Below are positions 33,119 through 43,398 of a stretch of DNA of 64,000 nt, piece after piece (positions within the stretch are counted from its first letter, which is position 1; each line of letters opens with the position of its first letter). Origin of the DNA: Mycobacteriales bacterium (GTDB lineage Bacteria > Actinomycetota > Actinomycetes > DATLTS01); NCBI GenBank assembly GCA_035533475.1, contig DATLTS010000048.1, positions 52,308 through 116,307 of the forward strand. Reading direction: 5' to 3'. The notes under the pieces were generated by a model. The model did not search any database. It worked only from the letters and a program-made list of their open reading frames with translations, and had not been told where the DNA came from. Position numbers and translations under genes: made by a program.

Positions 33119-34291
33119 GTGGACCTGTTCGAGTACCAGGCCAAGGAGCTGTTCGGTCGGCACGGGGTCCCGGTGCCGGCCGGCCGGATCGCGCGCACCC
33201 CGGAGGATGCCCGGACGGTCGCGGCCGAGCTGGGCGGACGGGTCGTCGTGAAGGCCCAGGTGAAGGCCGGCGGCCGGGGCAAGGCCGGCGGGATCAAGCT
33301 GGCCGACGGTCCAGAGGAGGCCGCCGCCCGGGCCGGCGAGATCCTCGGCATGGACATCAAGGGCCACACCGTGCTGGCAGTGCTCGTCGAGCAGGCGGGC
33401 GACATCGCCGAGGAGTACTACGCATCCTTCCTTCTCGACCGGTCGGCCCGCGGCTACCTCGCGATGTGCTCGCGGGAGGGTGGCGTCGAGATCGAGGAGG
33501 TCGCCGCCACCCGACCAGAGGCGTTGATCAGGTTGCCGATCGACCCGCTCCGCGGCATCGACGCGGCCCGCGGGGAACAGATCGCGGAGGCGGCCGGGCT
33601 GCCGCGCGCCGCGCGGGCGGCTGCGGCGGACCTGCTGGTGCGGCTGTGGGCCGTCTTCGACACCGAGGACGCCACGCTCGTCGAGGTGAACCCGTTGGTC
33701 CTCACCGGCGACGGCCGGGTCGTCGCGCTGGACGGCAAGGTCACGCTCGATGACAACGCCGGCTATCGGCACCCGGAGCACGCCGGTTTCGAGGACAAGT
33801 CGGCGGTCGACCCGATCGAGCAGCGGGCCAAGGCGGCCGACCTCAACTACGTCAAACTCGAGGGCACGGTCGGGATCATTGGCAACGGGGCCGGGCTCGT
33901 CATGTCCACGCTCGACGTCGTCGCGTACGCCGGCGAGGAGTTCGGCGGGGTCCGGCCGGCGAACTTCCTCGACATCGGGGGTGGCGCCTCCGCCGAGGTG
34001 ATGGCCACCGGGCTGTCCATCGTGCTGTCCGACCCGTCGGTGCGCAGCGTCTTCGTCAACGTGTTCGGCGGGATCACCGCCTGCGACGAGGTGGCGAACG
34101 GCATCGTCGCCGCACTTGGCGCGCTGGCCGCGGCCGGAGATCCGGTCCGCAAACCACTGGTGGTCCGCCTCGACGGCAACAACGCCGAGGAGGGCCGGCG
34201 GATCCTCCGCGACGCGGCCCTCGATGTCGTCCACCCGGTCGACACGATGGACGGGGCGGCGCGGCTGGCCGCCGAGCTGGCCGCGGCCTGA
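33119..34291 (+). CDS. sucC: succinyl-CoA synthetase beta subunit
   Basis: 390 aa. It has [12 protein letters not shown] and an ATP-grasp domain. Confidence 0.97.
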   Translation: MDLFEYQAKELFGRHGVPVPAGRIARTPEDARTVAAELGGRVVVKAQVKAGGRGKAGGIKLADGPEEAAARAGEILGMDIKGHTVLAVLVEQAGDIAEEYYASFLLDRSARGYLAMCSREGGVEIEEVAATRPEALIRLPIDPLRGIDAARGEQIAEAAGLPRAARAAAADLLVRLWAVFDTEDATLVEVNPLVLTGDGRVVALDGKVTLDDNAGYRHPEHAGFEDKSAVDPIEQRAKAADLNYVKLEGTVGIIGNGAGLVMSTLDVVAYAGEEFGGVRPANFLDIGGGASAEVMATGLSIVLSDPSVRSVFVNVFGGITACDEVANGIVAALGALAAAGDPVRKPLVVRLDGNNAEEGRRILRDAALDVVHPVDTMDGAARLAAELAAA

Positions 34292-34320
34292 GCTTCCCAG
34301 ACACCGAGACGGACGGAACC

Positions 34321-35196
34321 ATGGCGATCTTCCTCGATCGGTCGAGCCGCATCCTCGTGCAGGGCATCACCGGCGGCGAGGGCCGCAAGCACGCTCGCCG
34401 GATGGCCGCGTCCGGGGCGGCGGTGGTCGCGGGGGTCACGCCGGGCAAGGGCGGCCAGGACGTCGACGGCGTGCCGGTCTTCGACACCGTCTCCGAGGCG
34501 GTGGCCGAGACCGGGGCCGACGCCTCCGTCGTGTTCGTCCCGCCGCGGTTCACCAAGTCCGCGGTCCTCGAGACGATCGACGCCGGGGTCCCGCTGTGCG
34601 TCGTGATCACCGAAGGCGTTCCGGTCCACGACACCACGGCTTTCTGGGCGCACGCGTGCGCGACCGGCAACGCGACCCGGATCATCGGCCCGAACTGCCC
34701 GGGCGTGGCGAGCCCCGGGCGCTCGAACGCCGGCATCATCCCGGCCGACATCACCGCGCCCGGGCCGATCGGCCTGGTCTCCAAGTCCGGCACCCTGACC
34801 TATCAGCTCATGTACGAGCTGCGGGAGATCGGCTTCTCCACCGCGGTCGGGATCGGCGGCGACCCGGTCGTCGGGACGACGCACATCGACTGCCTACAGG
34901 CCTTCGAGGAGGACCCGGACACCGCGGCCATCGTCATGATCGGCGAGATCGGGGGGGACGCGGAGGAGCGCGCGGCCGAGTTCATCCGCGCGCACGTGTC
35001 CAAACCGGTGGTCGGCTATATCGCCGGGTTCACCGCACCCGAGGGCAAGACGATGGGGCACGCCGGGGCGATCGTTTCCGGCTCGTCCGGCACCGCCGAG
35101 GCGAAGAAGGCGGCGCTGGAAGCGGCCGGAGTGCGGGTCGGGAAGACCCCCTCGGAGACCGCCCGGCTGATGGCCGAGGTGATCGCCGGCGGGTGA
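34321..35196 (+). CDS. sucD: succinyl-CoA synthetase alpha subunit
   Basis: 291 aa. It has ILVQGITG, the SKSGTLTYQ motif and the phosphohistidine loop GHAGAI. Confidence 0.97.
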   Translation: MAIFLDRSSRILVQGITGGEGRKHARRMAASGAAVVAGVTPGKGGQDVDGVPVFDTVSEAVAETGADASVVFVPPRFTKSAVLETIDAGVPLCVVITEGVPVHDTTAFWAHACATGNATRIIGPNCPGVASPGRSNAGIIPADITAPGPIGLVSKSGTLTYQLMYELREIGFSTAVGIGGDPVVGTTHIDCLQAFEEDPDTAAIVMIGEIGGDAEERAAEFIRAHVSKPVVGYIAGFTAPEGKTMGHAGAIVSGSSGTAEAKKAALEAAGVRVGKTPSETARLMAEVIAGG

Positions 35197-35239
35197 CCGA
35201 CGGCGTGGGAGCGGGGCTGGTGGTGCTCCGGCTGCCAGA

Positions 35240-36460
35240 GTGACCGGTGTGACCGATTTGCTGAGCCGGCCCGGTCGGCCGGCGGTCCGTCGGCCGGCGG
35301 CCCGACCTAGGTCGAGGCGTCCGCCCGCGGCCAACCTGCCCGTGCTGGGCCTGGCGCTGGCCGGCTGGGCGGCCGCCCTCGGGCTCACGGCCCCGGTCGT
35401 CGTGAGCATGCTCGGCTGGGCGGCAGATCCGCGCTCCGGTTCGCCGCCGGGTGCGCCCCTGCGGCTGGCGGTGGACAGCTGGTTGCTGGCGCACCACGTT
35501 GGTCTGCGCGTTGCCGGGGGGCACCTCGGCATCGCCCCGCTGGGACTCACCGCGTTGCTCGTCCTGCTGCTCGTGCGGGTCGGCCGGGTCCTCGCCCGGC
35601 TCGGCCGGGTGGCCACCCCGGAGCAGGCAGCCCGGGCGGTCGGGGCGCTCGCCGGGGGCTACGCCGCGCTCGCCTGCGGGCTTGCGCTGGCCGTCCGGTC
35701 GCCGGCCGTGGCTCCGGCGGCCGGCCAGGCGTTCCTCGCCGCCGGGTTGATCGCCGCCCTGTCCGGCGGCTACGGCGTGTACCGGGAGGCCGGTGCCCGG
35801 GTCTTGCCGCGGCTCGCCTTCCCCGCCTGGGCCGGTCCGATGTTGGCCGGCGGTTTGGCCGGTACCGGCGTCCTCGCCGCTGGCGGGGCGCTGATCGCCG
35901 CCGGTTCGGTGCTCGGACATGCCGGCCGCGCGGCGGACCTGGCCGGGGCGCTCCAGCCGGGCGCCGTCGGGGTGGGGGGGTTGAGCCTGCTCTGCCTGGT
36001 GTTCTTCCCGAATGCCGCCCTCGCCGCTGCGGCCTACGCGGTCGGACCCGGCTTCGCGGTGGGGGTCGGAACCCGGGTGGCACCGTTCGGTGTGCATCTG
36101 GGCGCGGTCCCGGCCCTACCGCTGTTCGCCGGCCTCCCGCAGTCCGGTCCGGCGCCGGCGGGGTCGCTCGCGGCGTTCGTCGTCCCGGTCGCCGCCGGGA
36201 TCGTCGCCGCCCGGGTCGTCCGGCACCGCTACCCGGGGCCGCTCACGCTGGAGACCGTGGGCGTCGCGATGTCCTCGGGGCTGGTCACCGGGGCGGTCAT
36301 GGCTCTGCTCGCTGCGCTGGCGGGCGGCCCGGGCCCGGGGTTGCTCGCCGCGCTCGGCCCCTCCCCGTGGCAGCTCGGCCTCGCATCGGCCGGTGAAGTA
36401 GGGCTGGCGGCGGCCGCGACCGTCGGCGTACTGGCCGTGTGGCGAGGCCGCAGCGAATAG
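35240..36460 (+). CDS. polytopic integral membrane protein, PerM-like (DUF6350 as I recall)
   Basis: 406 aa with at least 9 hydrophobic segments. Its position between sucD and purN matches Rv0955 (perM) in M. tuberculosis. The start is uncertain. Confidence 0.65.
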   Translation: MTGVTDLLSRPGRPAVRRPAARPRSRRPPAANLPVLGLALAGWAAALGLTAPVVVSMLGWAADPRSGSPPGAPLRLAVDSWLLAHHVGLRVAGGHLGIAPLGLTALLVLLLVRVGRVLARLGRVATPEQAARAVGALAGGYAALACGLALAVRSPAVAPAAGQAFLAAGLIAALSGGYGVYREAGARVLPRLAFPAWAGPMLAGGLAGTGVLAAGGALIAAGSVLGHAGRAADLAGALQPGAVGVGGLSLLCLVFFPNAALAAAAYAVGPGFAVGVGTRVAPFGVHLGAVPALPLFAGLPQSGPAPAGSLAAFVVPVAAGIVAARVVRHRYPGPLTLETVGVAMSSGLVTGAVMALLAALAGGPGPGLLAALGPSPWQLGLASAGEVGLAAAATVGVLAVWRGRSE

Positions 36461-36473
36461 GCTCCCGGCCACC

Positions 36474-37073
36474 ATGACCCGGCTCGTCGTTCTGGTCTCC
36501 GGCGCTGGCACCAACCTGCAGGCGTTGCTCGACGCCGCGGAAATCGACCCGAGGTTCCCGCGCACCGTGGCGGTCGGCGCGGACCGGCCGGACGCGGCCG
36601 CACTCGGGCGGGCCGCCCGCCAGGGGATCCCGACCTTTGTCGTGCGGCCCGCCGAGCATCCGGACCGGCCCGCTTGGGACGCGGCGCTGGCCGGCTCGGT
36701 CGCATCCCACCGCCCCGACCTCGTCGTCTGCGCGGGTTTCATGCGCATCCTCGGGCCCGCGTTCCTCGCCCGCTTCATGCCGCGGATCGTCAACACCCAT
36801 CCCGCCCTGCTGCCTGCCTTCCCCGGCAAACACGCTGTCCGCGAGGCCCTCGTTTATGGTGCAAAGGTGACGGGCGCCACCGTGCATCTCGTCGATGCGG
36901 GTGTCGACTCCGGCCCGGTGGTGGCCCAGGTCTGCGTCCCGGTGGCGCCGGGCGACGACGAGGCGAGCCTGCACGAGCGGATCAAAGTGGCGGAACGCGC
37001 CCTCCTCGTCGACGCGGTGCGCAGCCTCGCGGGAGGATTCAGCGTGGAGGGGCGCAGCGTGCGTTTCCCGTGA
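36474..37073 (+). CDS. purN: phosphoribosylglycinamide formyltransferase
   Basis: 199 aa. It has [25 protein letters not shown] and GATVHLVD. Confidence 0.95.
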   Translation: MTRLVVLVSGAGTNLQALLDAAEIDPRFPRTVAVGADRPDAAALGRAARQGIPTFVVRPAEHPDRPAWDAALAGSVASHRPDLVVCAGFMRILGPAFLARFMPRIVNTHPALLPAFPGKHAVREALVYGAKVTGATVHLVDAGVDSGPVVAQVCVPVAPGDDEASLHERIKVAERALLVDAVRSLAGGFSVEGRSVRFP

Positions 37074-37092
37074 GTCCGAGAACGGAGCTGCC

Positions 37093-38628
37093 GTGACGAC
37101 CCGCCCGATCCGCCGCGCGCTGGTAAGCGTGTACGACAAGACCGGGTTGATCGAGCTCGGTCGGGCGCTGGCCGACGCCGGTGTCGAGATCGTGTCCACC
37201 GGGTCGACCGCCGCTCGGCTGGCCGACGCGGGCGTGCCGGTGACGACCGTCGAGCAGATCACGGCCTTCCCCGAGGTGCTGGATGGGCGGGTGAAGACCC
37301 TGCACCCCGGGGTGCACGCCGGGATCCTCGCCGATCTGCGCAACCCGGAGCACGCCAGGCAGATCGACGAACTCGGGATCCAGCCGTTCGACCTTGTCGT
37401 CGTTAACCTCTACCCGTTCCGGGAGACCGTTGCCGGCGGCCTCGGTTTCGACGAGTGTGTCGAGATGATCGACATCGGCGGCCCCGCCATGGTCCGGGCG
37501 GCCGCGAAGAATCATCCGTCGGTCGCCGTGGTCACCGATCCGGCCGACTACCCGGGCCTCGTCGAAGCCGTCCGGGCCGGTGGCTTCGACCTCGAGGCCA
37601 GGCGCGTGCTGGCCGCCGCGGCCTTCGCGCACACCGCCGGATACGACCTCGCCGTCGCCTCCTGGTTCGCCCGTCCGGACGAGTTCCCGCCGTTCCTCGG
37701 GCTCGGCTTCGAACGGGCCGGCATGTTGCGCTACGGGGAGAACCCGCATCAGCGGGCCGCCGTCTACATCGACCGCGACGTCCCGGGCGGGTTGGCCGGT
37801 GCGGAGCAGCTGCACGGCAAGGCGATGTCGTACAACAACTACGTGGATGCGGATGCGGCCCGGCGGGCCGCCCACGACTTCTCCGCACCCGCGGTCGCCA
37901 TCGTCAAGCACGCGAACCCGTGCGGGATTGCCGTGGGTGAGGATGCCGCCGATGCCCACCGCAAGGCGCACGCCTGCGATCCGGTCTCCGCGTTCGGTGG
38001 CGTCATCGCGGTCAACCGGCCGGTCACGGTCCCCCTCGCCGAGCAGATCGCCGAGGTCTTCACCGAGGTCGTCGTCGCTCCCGCCTATGCCGACGGCGCC
38101 CTCGAGGTGCTCTCGCGAAAGCCTTCGATCCGGCTGCTCGTCTGTCCCCCGCCGCGGCAAGCGGGTGCTGAGTACCGGCAGATCTCCGGCGGACTGCTCG
38201 CGCAGACCGTCGACCGGATCGACGTCCCCGGGGACGACCCCGCCAAGTGGACGCTGCGGGCCGGACCGCCGGTCGACGACGCCACCCTCGCCGACCTCGG
38301 CTTCGCCTGGCGGGCCGTCCGCGCGGTCAAGTCCAACGCCATCCTGCTCGCCTCCGCCGGCGCGACGGTCGGGATCGGCATGGGTCAGGTCAACCGGGTG
38401 GATTCGGCCCGGCTCGCGGTTGCCCGGGCCGGGGATCGCGCGCCCGGTGCGGTCGCGGCATCCGACGCCTACTTCCCGTTCGCCGACGGCGTGGAGGTGC
38501 TCATCACCGCTGGGGTCCGGGCCGTCGTGCAGCCCGGCGGCTCGATTCGCGACGACGAGGTGATCGCGGCCGCCGAGCGGGGCGGGATCTCGATGTACGT
38601 CACCGGGACTCGGCACTTCGCGCACTGA
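37093..38628 (+). CDS. purH: bifunctional AICAR transformylase / IMP cyclohydrolase
   Basis: GTG 37093. It has [20 protein letters not shown] and the C-terminal TGTRHFAH. Confidence 0.96.
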   Translation: MTTRPIRRALVSVYDKTGLIELGRALADAGVEIVSTGSTAARLADAGVPVTTVEQITAFPEVLDGRVKTLHPGVHAGILADLRNPEHARQIDELGIQPFDLVVVNLYPFRETVAGGLGFDECVEMIDIGGPAMVRAAAKNHPSVAVVTDPADYPGLVEAVRAGGFDLEARRVLAAAAFAHTAGYDLAVASWFARPDEFPPFLGLGFERAGMLRYGENPHQRAAVYIDRDVPGGLAGAEQLHGKAMSYNNYVDADAARRAAHDFSAPAVAIVKHANPCGIAVGEDAADAHRKAHACDPVSAFGGVIAVNRPVTVPLAEQIAEVFTEVVVAPAYADGALEVLSRKPSIRLLVCPPPRQAGAEYRQISGGLLAQTVDRIDVPGDDPAKWTLRAGPPVDDATLADLGFAWRAVRAVKSNAILLASAGATVGIGMGQVNRVDSARLAVARAGDRAPGAVAASDAYFPFADGVEVLITAGVRAVVQPGGSIRDDEVIAAAERGGISMYVTGTRHFAH

Positions 38629-38659
38629 CGGCTGCGGCCCGCATGCGAGACTGCCGCGC

Positions 38660-39574
38660 GTGACCGCAGTCCTTCTCGACGGCAAGGCCACGTCCGCAGC
38701 GATCCGGGCGGACTTGCGGGATCGGGTTGCCCGGCTCCGCGAGCGCGGCATGGTTCCCGGGCTGGGCACCGTCCTGGTGGGCGACGACCCGGGCAGCCGC
38801 GCCTACGTCGCCGGCAAGCACCGAGACTGCGCCGAGGTGGGGATCGGGTCGCTGCGACGTGACCTGCCGGCCGATGCCGGTCAGGAGGCGGTCCTGGCGG
38901 CGGTCCGTGAGCTCAACGCCGACCCGGCGTGCACCGGTTACATCGTTCAGCTGCCGCTGCCCGCCGGCCTGGACGCCGGGCTGGTGCTGGATGCGATGGA
39001 CCCGGCGAAGGACGCCGACGGTTTGCACCCGGTCAACCTCGGCCGGTTGGTCCTGGGCGAGCCAGGTCCCCTGCCATGTACCGCTCGGGCCTGCGTCGAG
39101 TTGCTGCGGACCTTCGGGATTCCCCTCGCCGGGGCGGAGGTGACCATCGTCGGCCGCGGCGTGACCGTCGGCCGGCCGCTCGGTCTGCTGCTCACCCGGC
39201 GCAGCGAGAACGCGACCGTCACCCTGTGCCACACCGCGACGAAGGACCTCGCGGCGCACACCCGGTCGGCCGATGTGGTGGTCGTGGCCGCCGGAGTGCC
39301 CGGCCTGGTGACCGCCGACATGGTCCGGCCTGGCGCCGCGGTGCTCGACGTGGGGATCACCCGGATCGAACGCGCGGACGGTTCCGCCGGTCTGGTGGGG
39401 GACGTGGCGCCGGAGGTCCGCGACGTCGCGGGTTGGCTCGCGCCAATGCCGGGCGGGGTGGGCCCGATGACCCGGGCCATGCTGCTGTCCAACGTCGTCG
39501 AGGCGGCGGAGGCGGCGGAGGCGGCGGAGGCGGCGGAGGGCCGGCCCGGCGGAGGTTCGACTCAGCCCACCTGA
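38660..39574 (+). CDS. folD: bifunctional methylenetetrahydrofolate dehydrogenase/cyclohydrolase with a low-complexity C-terminal tail
   Basis: 304 aa. It has [24 protein letters not shown], then (EAA)n and [11 protein letters not shown]. Confidence 0.95.
   Translation: MTAVLLDGKATSAAIRADLRDRVARLRERGMVPGLGTVLVGDDPGSRAYVAGKHRDCAEVGIGSLRRDLPADAGQEAVLAAVRELNADPACTGYIVQLPLPAGLDAGLVLDAMDPAKDADGLHPVNLGRLVLGEPGPLPCTARACVELLRTFGIPLAGAEVTIVGRGVTVGRPLGLLLTRRSENATVTLCHTATKDLAAHTRSADVVVVAAGVPGLVTADMVRPGAAVLDVGITRIERADGSAGLVGDVAPEVRDVAGWLAPMPGGVGPMTRAMLLSNVVEAAEAAEAAEAAEGRPGGGSTQPT
39500..39535 (+). repeat. 9-bp x4 perfect tandem repeat (GAGGCGGCG) encoding EAA x4 in the folD tail
   Basis: Read directly. 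The units begin at 39500, 39509, 39518 and 39527, followed by a partial GAGGG. Confidence 0.95.
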
Positions 39575-40170
39575 CGCGCGGGCTCCTCGCCCGGTTCCGG
39601 CGACGGGCGGACGATGCCCATGGCGATGACCTCGTTGGCGAGGCGGCCGCGGCGATTGGTGCCCTCGCCGATCCGCAGCTTCTGGTAGAGCCGGAGCAGG
39701 TGCTGCTTGACCGCGGCCTCGGTGACGACCAGTTCCTCGGCGATTTCCCGGGCGGTGGCCGGGGCGACGAATGCCTCCTGCCGCAGCGCTGGACGGCACA
39801 GCGCGGTGATCACGTCCATCTCCCGCCGGGTAAGGTCGGGCGTGCTGACCCGCCCCAACTCCACGGTGGGCTCAGCCGGGCCGGCGTCGCTCTCGAACCG
39901 GAGCCGGGCCGCACCGAAGGACAGCACGTCGCCGTTGACCAGCAGCCGGCGACCTACCGGTCGGCCGTTGACCCGGGTGCCGTTCGTCGACAGACCCAGG
40001 TCCGAGATGTAGACGTGCGGGCCACGTCGGATCAGCTCCGCGTGCAGCCGGGACACGCTGGGGTCGGTGAGCGCCACGTCGACCCCCCCGCCCCGGCCCA
40101 CGGAGGTCACCTCGCCGCGAAGTTCGAACCGGTCTCCGGTGTCCTCGGCCCGCAGCAGCGGCGTCGACAT
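39562..40170 (-). CDS. FHA-domain / LuxR(GerE)-HTH one-component transcriptional regulator
   Basis: ATG 40170 (MSTPLL) is preceded by GGGAGGG; the ORF is open to 40224. The FHA signature is GRGGG...SRLHAEL...STNGTRVNG. The C-terminal HTH is [12 protein letters not shown]...[26 protein letters not shown]. The 3' end overlaps folD by 13 nt, convergently. Confidence 0.8.
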   Translation of the reverse strand: MSTPLLRAEDTGDRFELRGEVTSVGRGGGVDVALTDPSVSRLHAELIRRGPHVYISDLGLSTNGTRVNGRPVGRRLLVNGDVLSFGAARLRFESDAGPAEPTVELGRVSTPDLTRREMDVITALCRPALRQEAFVAPATAREIAEELVVTEAAVKQHLLRLYQKLRIGEGTNRRGRLANEVIAMGIVRPSPEPGEEPARQVG

Positions 40171-40345
40171 CGCGGGGTCACCCTCCCGTCGCGGTCCGTG
40201 CCGAAGTGGCTGGACCCTAACCACCGGTTACCCGCCGCGGCCCCGGTCATAACCCGGCACCCGGAACCCGGTGCCGGTCGACGACCATGGCCGGTTCGAG
40301 GCGACCCCGGTTAGACTCGCCGTTGGATCAAGGAGGACATCGCGC

Positions 40346-41470
40346 ATGGCCGACAAGTCGTCTCGCGGGCTCGCTGACGTCGTCGCCGCCTCCACGGCCA
40401 TCTCCGACATCGACGGGCGGGCGGGTCGGCTGTTCTACCGCGGTTACGACATCCATGATCTGGCCGGCCGGATCTCCTTCGAGGAATGCATCCACCTCCT
40501 CCAGCGCGGAACGCTGCCTACCCGGGCCGAGCTCGAGCAGCTGATGGCCGAGCTTGCGAGCGGCCGTCAGATCGGCCCCACCGCCGCGCAGTTGATTCCC
40601 GAGCTCGCCGGTAAGGCCACCCCGATGGAGGCCCTGCGGACCCTGGTGTCGGCGCTGTCCGTCGACGACCCCGACGACGCGTCGAACGCGCCGGAGGCCA
40701 ATCAGCGCAAGGCACTCCGGCTGGTCGCTCAAATGCCCGTCCTCGTGGCCCGATACGAGGCGGCCCGGGGGGGACGGGAGGTCCCGCCGCCGGATCCCGC
40801 GCTCGGTATCGCCGGGAATTTCCTCCTCCAGGCGCTCGGCGAGCCGCCGGGGGCCGAGGAGGCGGCCGCTCTCGACGAGTGCCTGGTGCTGCACGCCGAT
40901 CACACGATGAACGCGTCGACCTTTGCCGCCAGGGTGTGCGCCGCGACCCTTTCCGACATGCATTCGGCGATCACGGCCGCGATTGGGACGCTCAAGGGCG
41001 CTCTGCACGGCGGGGCCAACGAGCAGGTGATGCGCACCCTGGAGGGGATCGGATCGGTGGACCGGGTCGAGGCCGCGGTCCTCGAGCGCCTCGACGCGGG
41101 CGAGAAGATCATGGGTTTCGGCCACCGGGTCTATCGAACCGAGGATCCCCGGGCCACCCACCTGCGCAGACTGTCGCAGCGCCTCGGCGAGCTGGCTGGC
41201 GACAGTCGCTTCTACGAGATGTCGATCACGATGGAGAAGGTAGTAATGGAGGCGAAGGGTCTCTATCCGAACGTGGACTTCTTCGCGGCCAGCGTCTATC
41301 ACGCCCTCGGCATCCCCACCGACCTGTTCACGCCGGTCTTTTCGATTTCCCGGATGTCGGGCTGGACCAGTCATGTCATCGAGCAGCAGCTCGACAACCG
41401 GCTGATCCGACCCGACAGCGAGTACGTCGGCGACCGGGACAAGAAGTGGACCCCCATCGAGGATCGGTGA
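40346..41470 (+). CDS. citA: citrate synthase (short, CitA/2-methylcitrate-synthase-like type)
   Basis: ATG 40346 is preceded by AGGAGG at 40331-40336. It is 374 aa, with the LVLHADH motif and the GFGHRVYRTEDPR signature. Confidence 0.92.
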   Translation: MADKSSRGLADVVAASTAISDIDGRAGRLFYRGYDIHDLAGRISFEECIHLLQRGTLPTRAELEQLMAELASGRQIGPTAAQLIPELAGKATPMEALRTLVSALSVDDPDDASNAPEANQRKALRLVAQMPVLVARYEAARGGREVPPPDPALGIAGNFLLQALGEPPGAEEAAALDECLVLHADHTMNASTFAARVCAATLSDMHSAITAAIGTLKGALHGGANEQVMRTLEGIGSVDRVEAAVLERLDAGEKIMGFGHRVYRTEDPRATHLRRLSQRLGELAGDSRFYEMSITMEKVVMEAKGLYPNVDFFAASVYHALGIPTDLFTPVFSISRMSGWTSHVIEQQLDNRLIRPDSEYVGDRDKKWTPIEDR

Positions 41471-41910
41471 GCAGCACCGGAGACCCGACCGCGACCGCTG
41501 GCCGCGATCTCGGGCCCCGGCTCGACCCCGCCCGCCTGGCGGTCGCGCGTTTCGCGGCCGGGTGGTATCCGGCCGGGTCGGTCGCCGGATTCAGTGCGCT
41601 CGTTCGCGACGACTCGGGGACGACCCTGGTGTGCAGCGAGGACGGCCTCGAAGCGATCGGCGACTCCTCGCCGGCGATCGCAGTCGAGCCGGGTTGGCGC
41701 CGGATCACCTTCGCCGGGCCGTTGCCCGGGGAGCTCGTCGGTCTCCTCGCGGACGTGGCCGGTCGGTTGGCCGGGGCGCAGATCCCGTTCACCTCGATGT
41801 CCGGATTCACAACCGACCACGCGCTGGTCCGGGCGGCGCACGCCGATCCCGCCGTTCAGACCCTCCGCGGCGGGCCGCCGCCGGTTCAGCGACCGGGCAC
41901 GAATCCGTGA
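41467..41910 (+). CDS. small ACT-domain-like protein
   Basis: GTG 41467 overlaps the citA stop. It is 147 aa. The pattern ...WRRITFAGPLPGELVGLLADVAGRLAGAQIPFTSMSGFTTDHALV resembles ACT_7-type proteins. The assignment is tentative. Confidence 0.55.
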   Translation: MSSTGDPTATAGRDLGPRLDPARLAVARFAAGWYPAGSVAGFSALVRDDSGTTLVCSEDGLEAIGDSSPAIAVEPGWRRITFAGPLPGELVGLLADVAGRLAGAQIPFTSMSGFTTDHALVRAAHADPAVQTLRGGPPPVQRPGTNP

Positions 41911-42233
41911 CCGTCTCGTCGGCCGGCGAGGTGACTGAGGCACCCCCCGCTCCGCGCGCGCCGCGCCGCCGGCTGCCCGACCCGAGCTACCCAGCCGTCG
42001 CCGGGATCGTCGTGGGCCTGCTGCTTGCCTGGTTGCACCATCCGCGAATGGGGCTCTATGTCGTCGGGGTGGTGCTCGGCGTCCTCGGCGTTTTGCGACT
42101 TGTCCTCCCGGCGCGCGACGCCGGGCTGCTCGTCGTTCGTGGGCGCACGTTCGACGTCGTCGTTCTCCTCCTCCTCGCCGCCGGTGTGGTCCTCATCGCC
42201 AGCGTGACCCCGTTCCCTCCACCCGCCTCCTGA
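41907..42233 (+). CDS. small two-TM membrane protein (DUF3017-like, as I recall)
   Basis: GTG 41907 overlaps the preceding stop. It is 108 aa with two or three hydrophobic helices and a basic RRRLPD N-terminus. Confidence 0.6.
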   Translation: MTVSSAGEVTEAPPAPRAPRRRLPDPSYPAVAGIVVGLLLAWLHHPRMGLYVVGVVLGVLGVLRLVLPARDAGLLVVRGRTFDVVVLLLLAAGVVLIASVTPFPPPAS

Positions 42234-42284
42234 CCGCTAACCTCGGGGCCGCGGGCCCGCCGCATCCTCGAGGAGTCCGGAGCC

Positions 42285-43382
42285 ATGACGACGCATCGCG
42301 TGACCCTCATCCCCGGCGACGGCACCGGCCCCGAGCTGAGTGAGGCCACCAGGCGCGTGCTGGAGGCAGCCGCGGCTACCGCGGGCTCCGGTTTCGATTG
42401 GGACGTCCAGCAGGCGGGGGTGGACGTGATGGCGGAGTTCGGAACCCCGCTGCCCGAGCAGACCCTGGAGTCGGTCCGCCGCAACCGGGTGGCGATCAAG
42501 GGCCCGATCACCACCCCGATCGGGACCGGGTTCCGCTCGGTGAACGTCGCGCTGCGCGCCGAGCTCGACCTCTACGCCTGCCTGCGGCCGTGCAAGACCT
42601 ACCCGGGGGTGCGTAGCCGGTTCGACAGCGTCGACGTCGTGATCGTCCGGGAGAACACCGAGGACCTGTACGCGGGAATCGAGTACGCCCACGACACCGC
42701 GGAGGCCGACCAGGTCATCGAGTTCCTCAACCGGCTGCAAGCGAAGCAGATCCGGACCCACTCGGGAATCTCGATCAAGCCGATCAGCGAGTTCGGTTCC
42801 GAGCGGATCATCCGCTACGCCTTCGACTACGCGCGGGCCAACGGGCGGCGCCGGGTGCACTGCATCACGAAATCGAACATCATGAAGCACACCGACGGGC
42901 TGTTCCTCGCGGTGTTCCGGGAGGTCGCCAAGGACTACCCGGACATCGAGCCGTGGGAGAACTTGGTCGACGCCACCTGCATGGGCCTGGTCCAGCGTCC
43001 CGAGGAGTGGGATGTGCTCGTGCTGCCGAACCTTTACGGCGACATCCTCTCCGATCTCACCGCTGGCATGGTCGGCGGCCTTGGCGTGGCACCCGGGGGC
43101 AACCTCGGAACCGAGGTTGCGGTATTCGAGGCCACCCATGGCAGCGCCCCGAAGTACAAGGGACTGAACCGGGTCAATCCAACCGCGATGATCTTGTCCG
43201 GCATGCTCATGCTGCGGCACCTGGGCGAGGCGGAGGCGGGCGACCGGCTCGAGCAGGCCGTCGCCGCGGTCCTCGCCGAGGGCAAAAGCGTCACCTATGA
43301 CATGAAGCCGGATCGCGACGATCCCAGCGCGGTCGGCACCGCTGAGTACGCCGACGCGATCATCGAGAAGCTGAAGGGCTGA
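42285..43382 (+). CDS. isocitrate/isopropylmalate-family dehydrogenase, NAD-IDH (IDH3)-like
   Basis: 365 aa. It has TLIPGDGTGPE, LRPCKTYPG, IVRENTEDLYAGIEY and NLYGDILSD. Confidence 0.88.
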   Translation: MTTHRVTLIPGDGTGPELSEATRRVLEAAAATAGSGFDWDVQQAGVDVMAEFGTPLPEQTLESVRRNRVAIKGPITTPIGTGFRSVNVALRAELDLYACLRPCKTYPGVRSRFDSVDVVIVRENTEDLYAGIEYAHDTAEADQVIEFLNRLQAKQIRTHSGISIKPISEFGSERIIRYAFDYARANGRRRVHCITKSNIMKHTDGLFLAVFREVAKDYPDIEPWENLVDATCMGLVQRPEEWDVLVLPNLYGDILSDLTAGMVGGLGVAPGGNLGTEVAVFEATHGSAPKYKGLNRVNPTAMILSGMLMLRHLGEAEAGDRLEQAVAAVLAEGKSVTYDMKPDRDDPSAVGTAEYADAIIEKLKG

Positions 43383-43398
43383 AAGGACGGCGCGGACG

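Noticed and set aside
36461-38659. Search for a ZTP (pfl) riboswitch, which in actinobacteria often precedes purH, folD or glyA.
   Set aside because: The spacers before purN, purH and folD are only 13, 19 and 31 nt. I could not find the GGGUCGUGAC...CCGCCUGGGC-type consensus in or near them.
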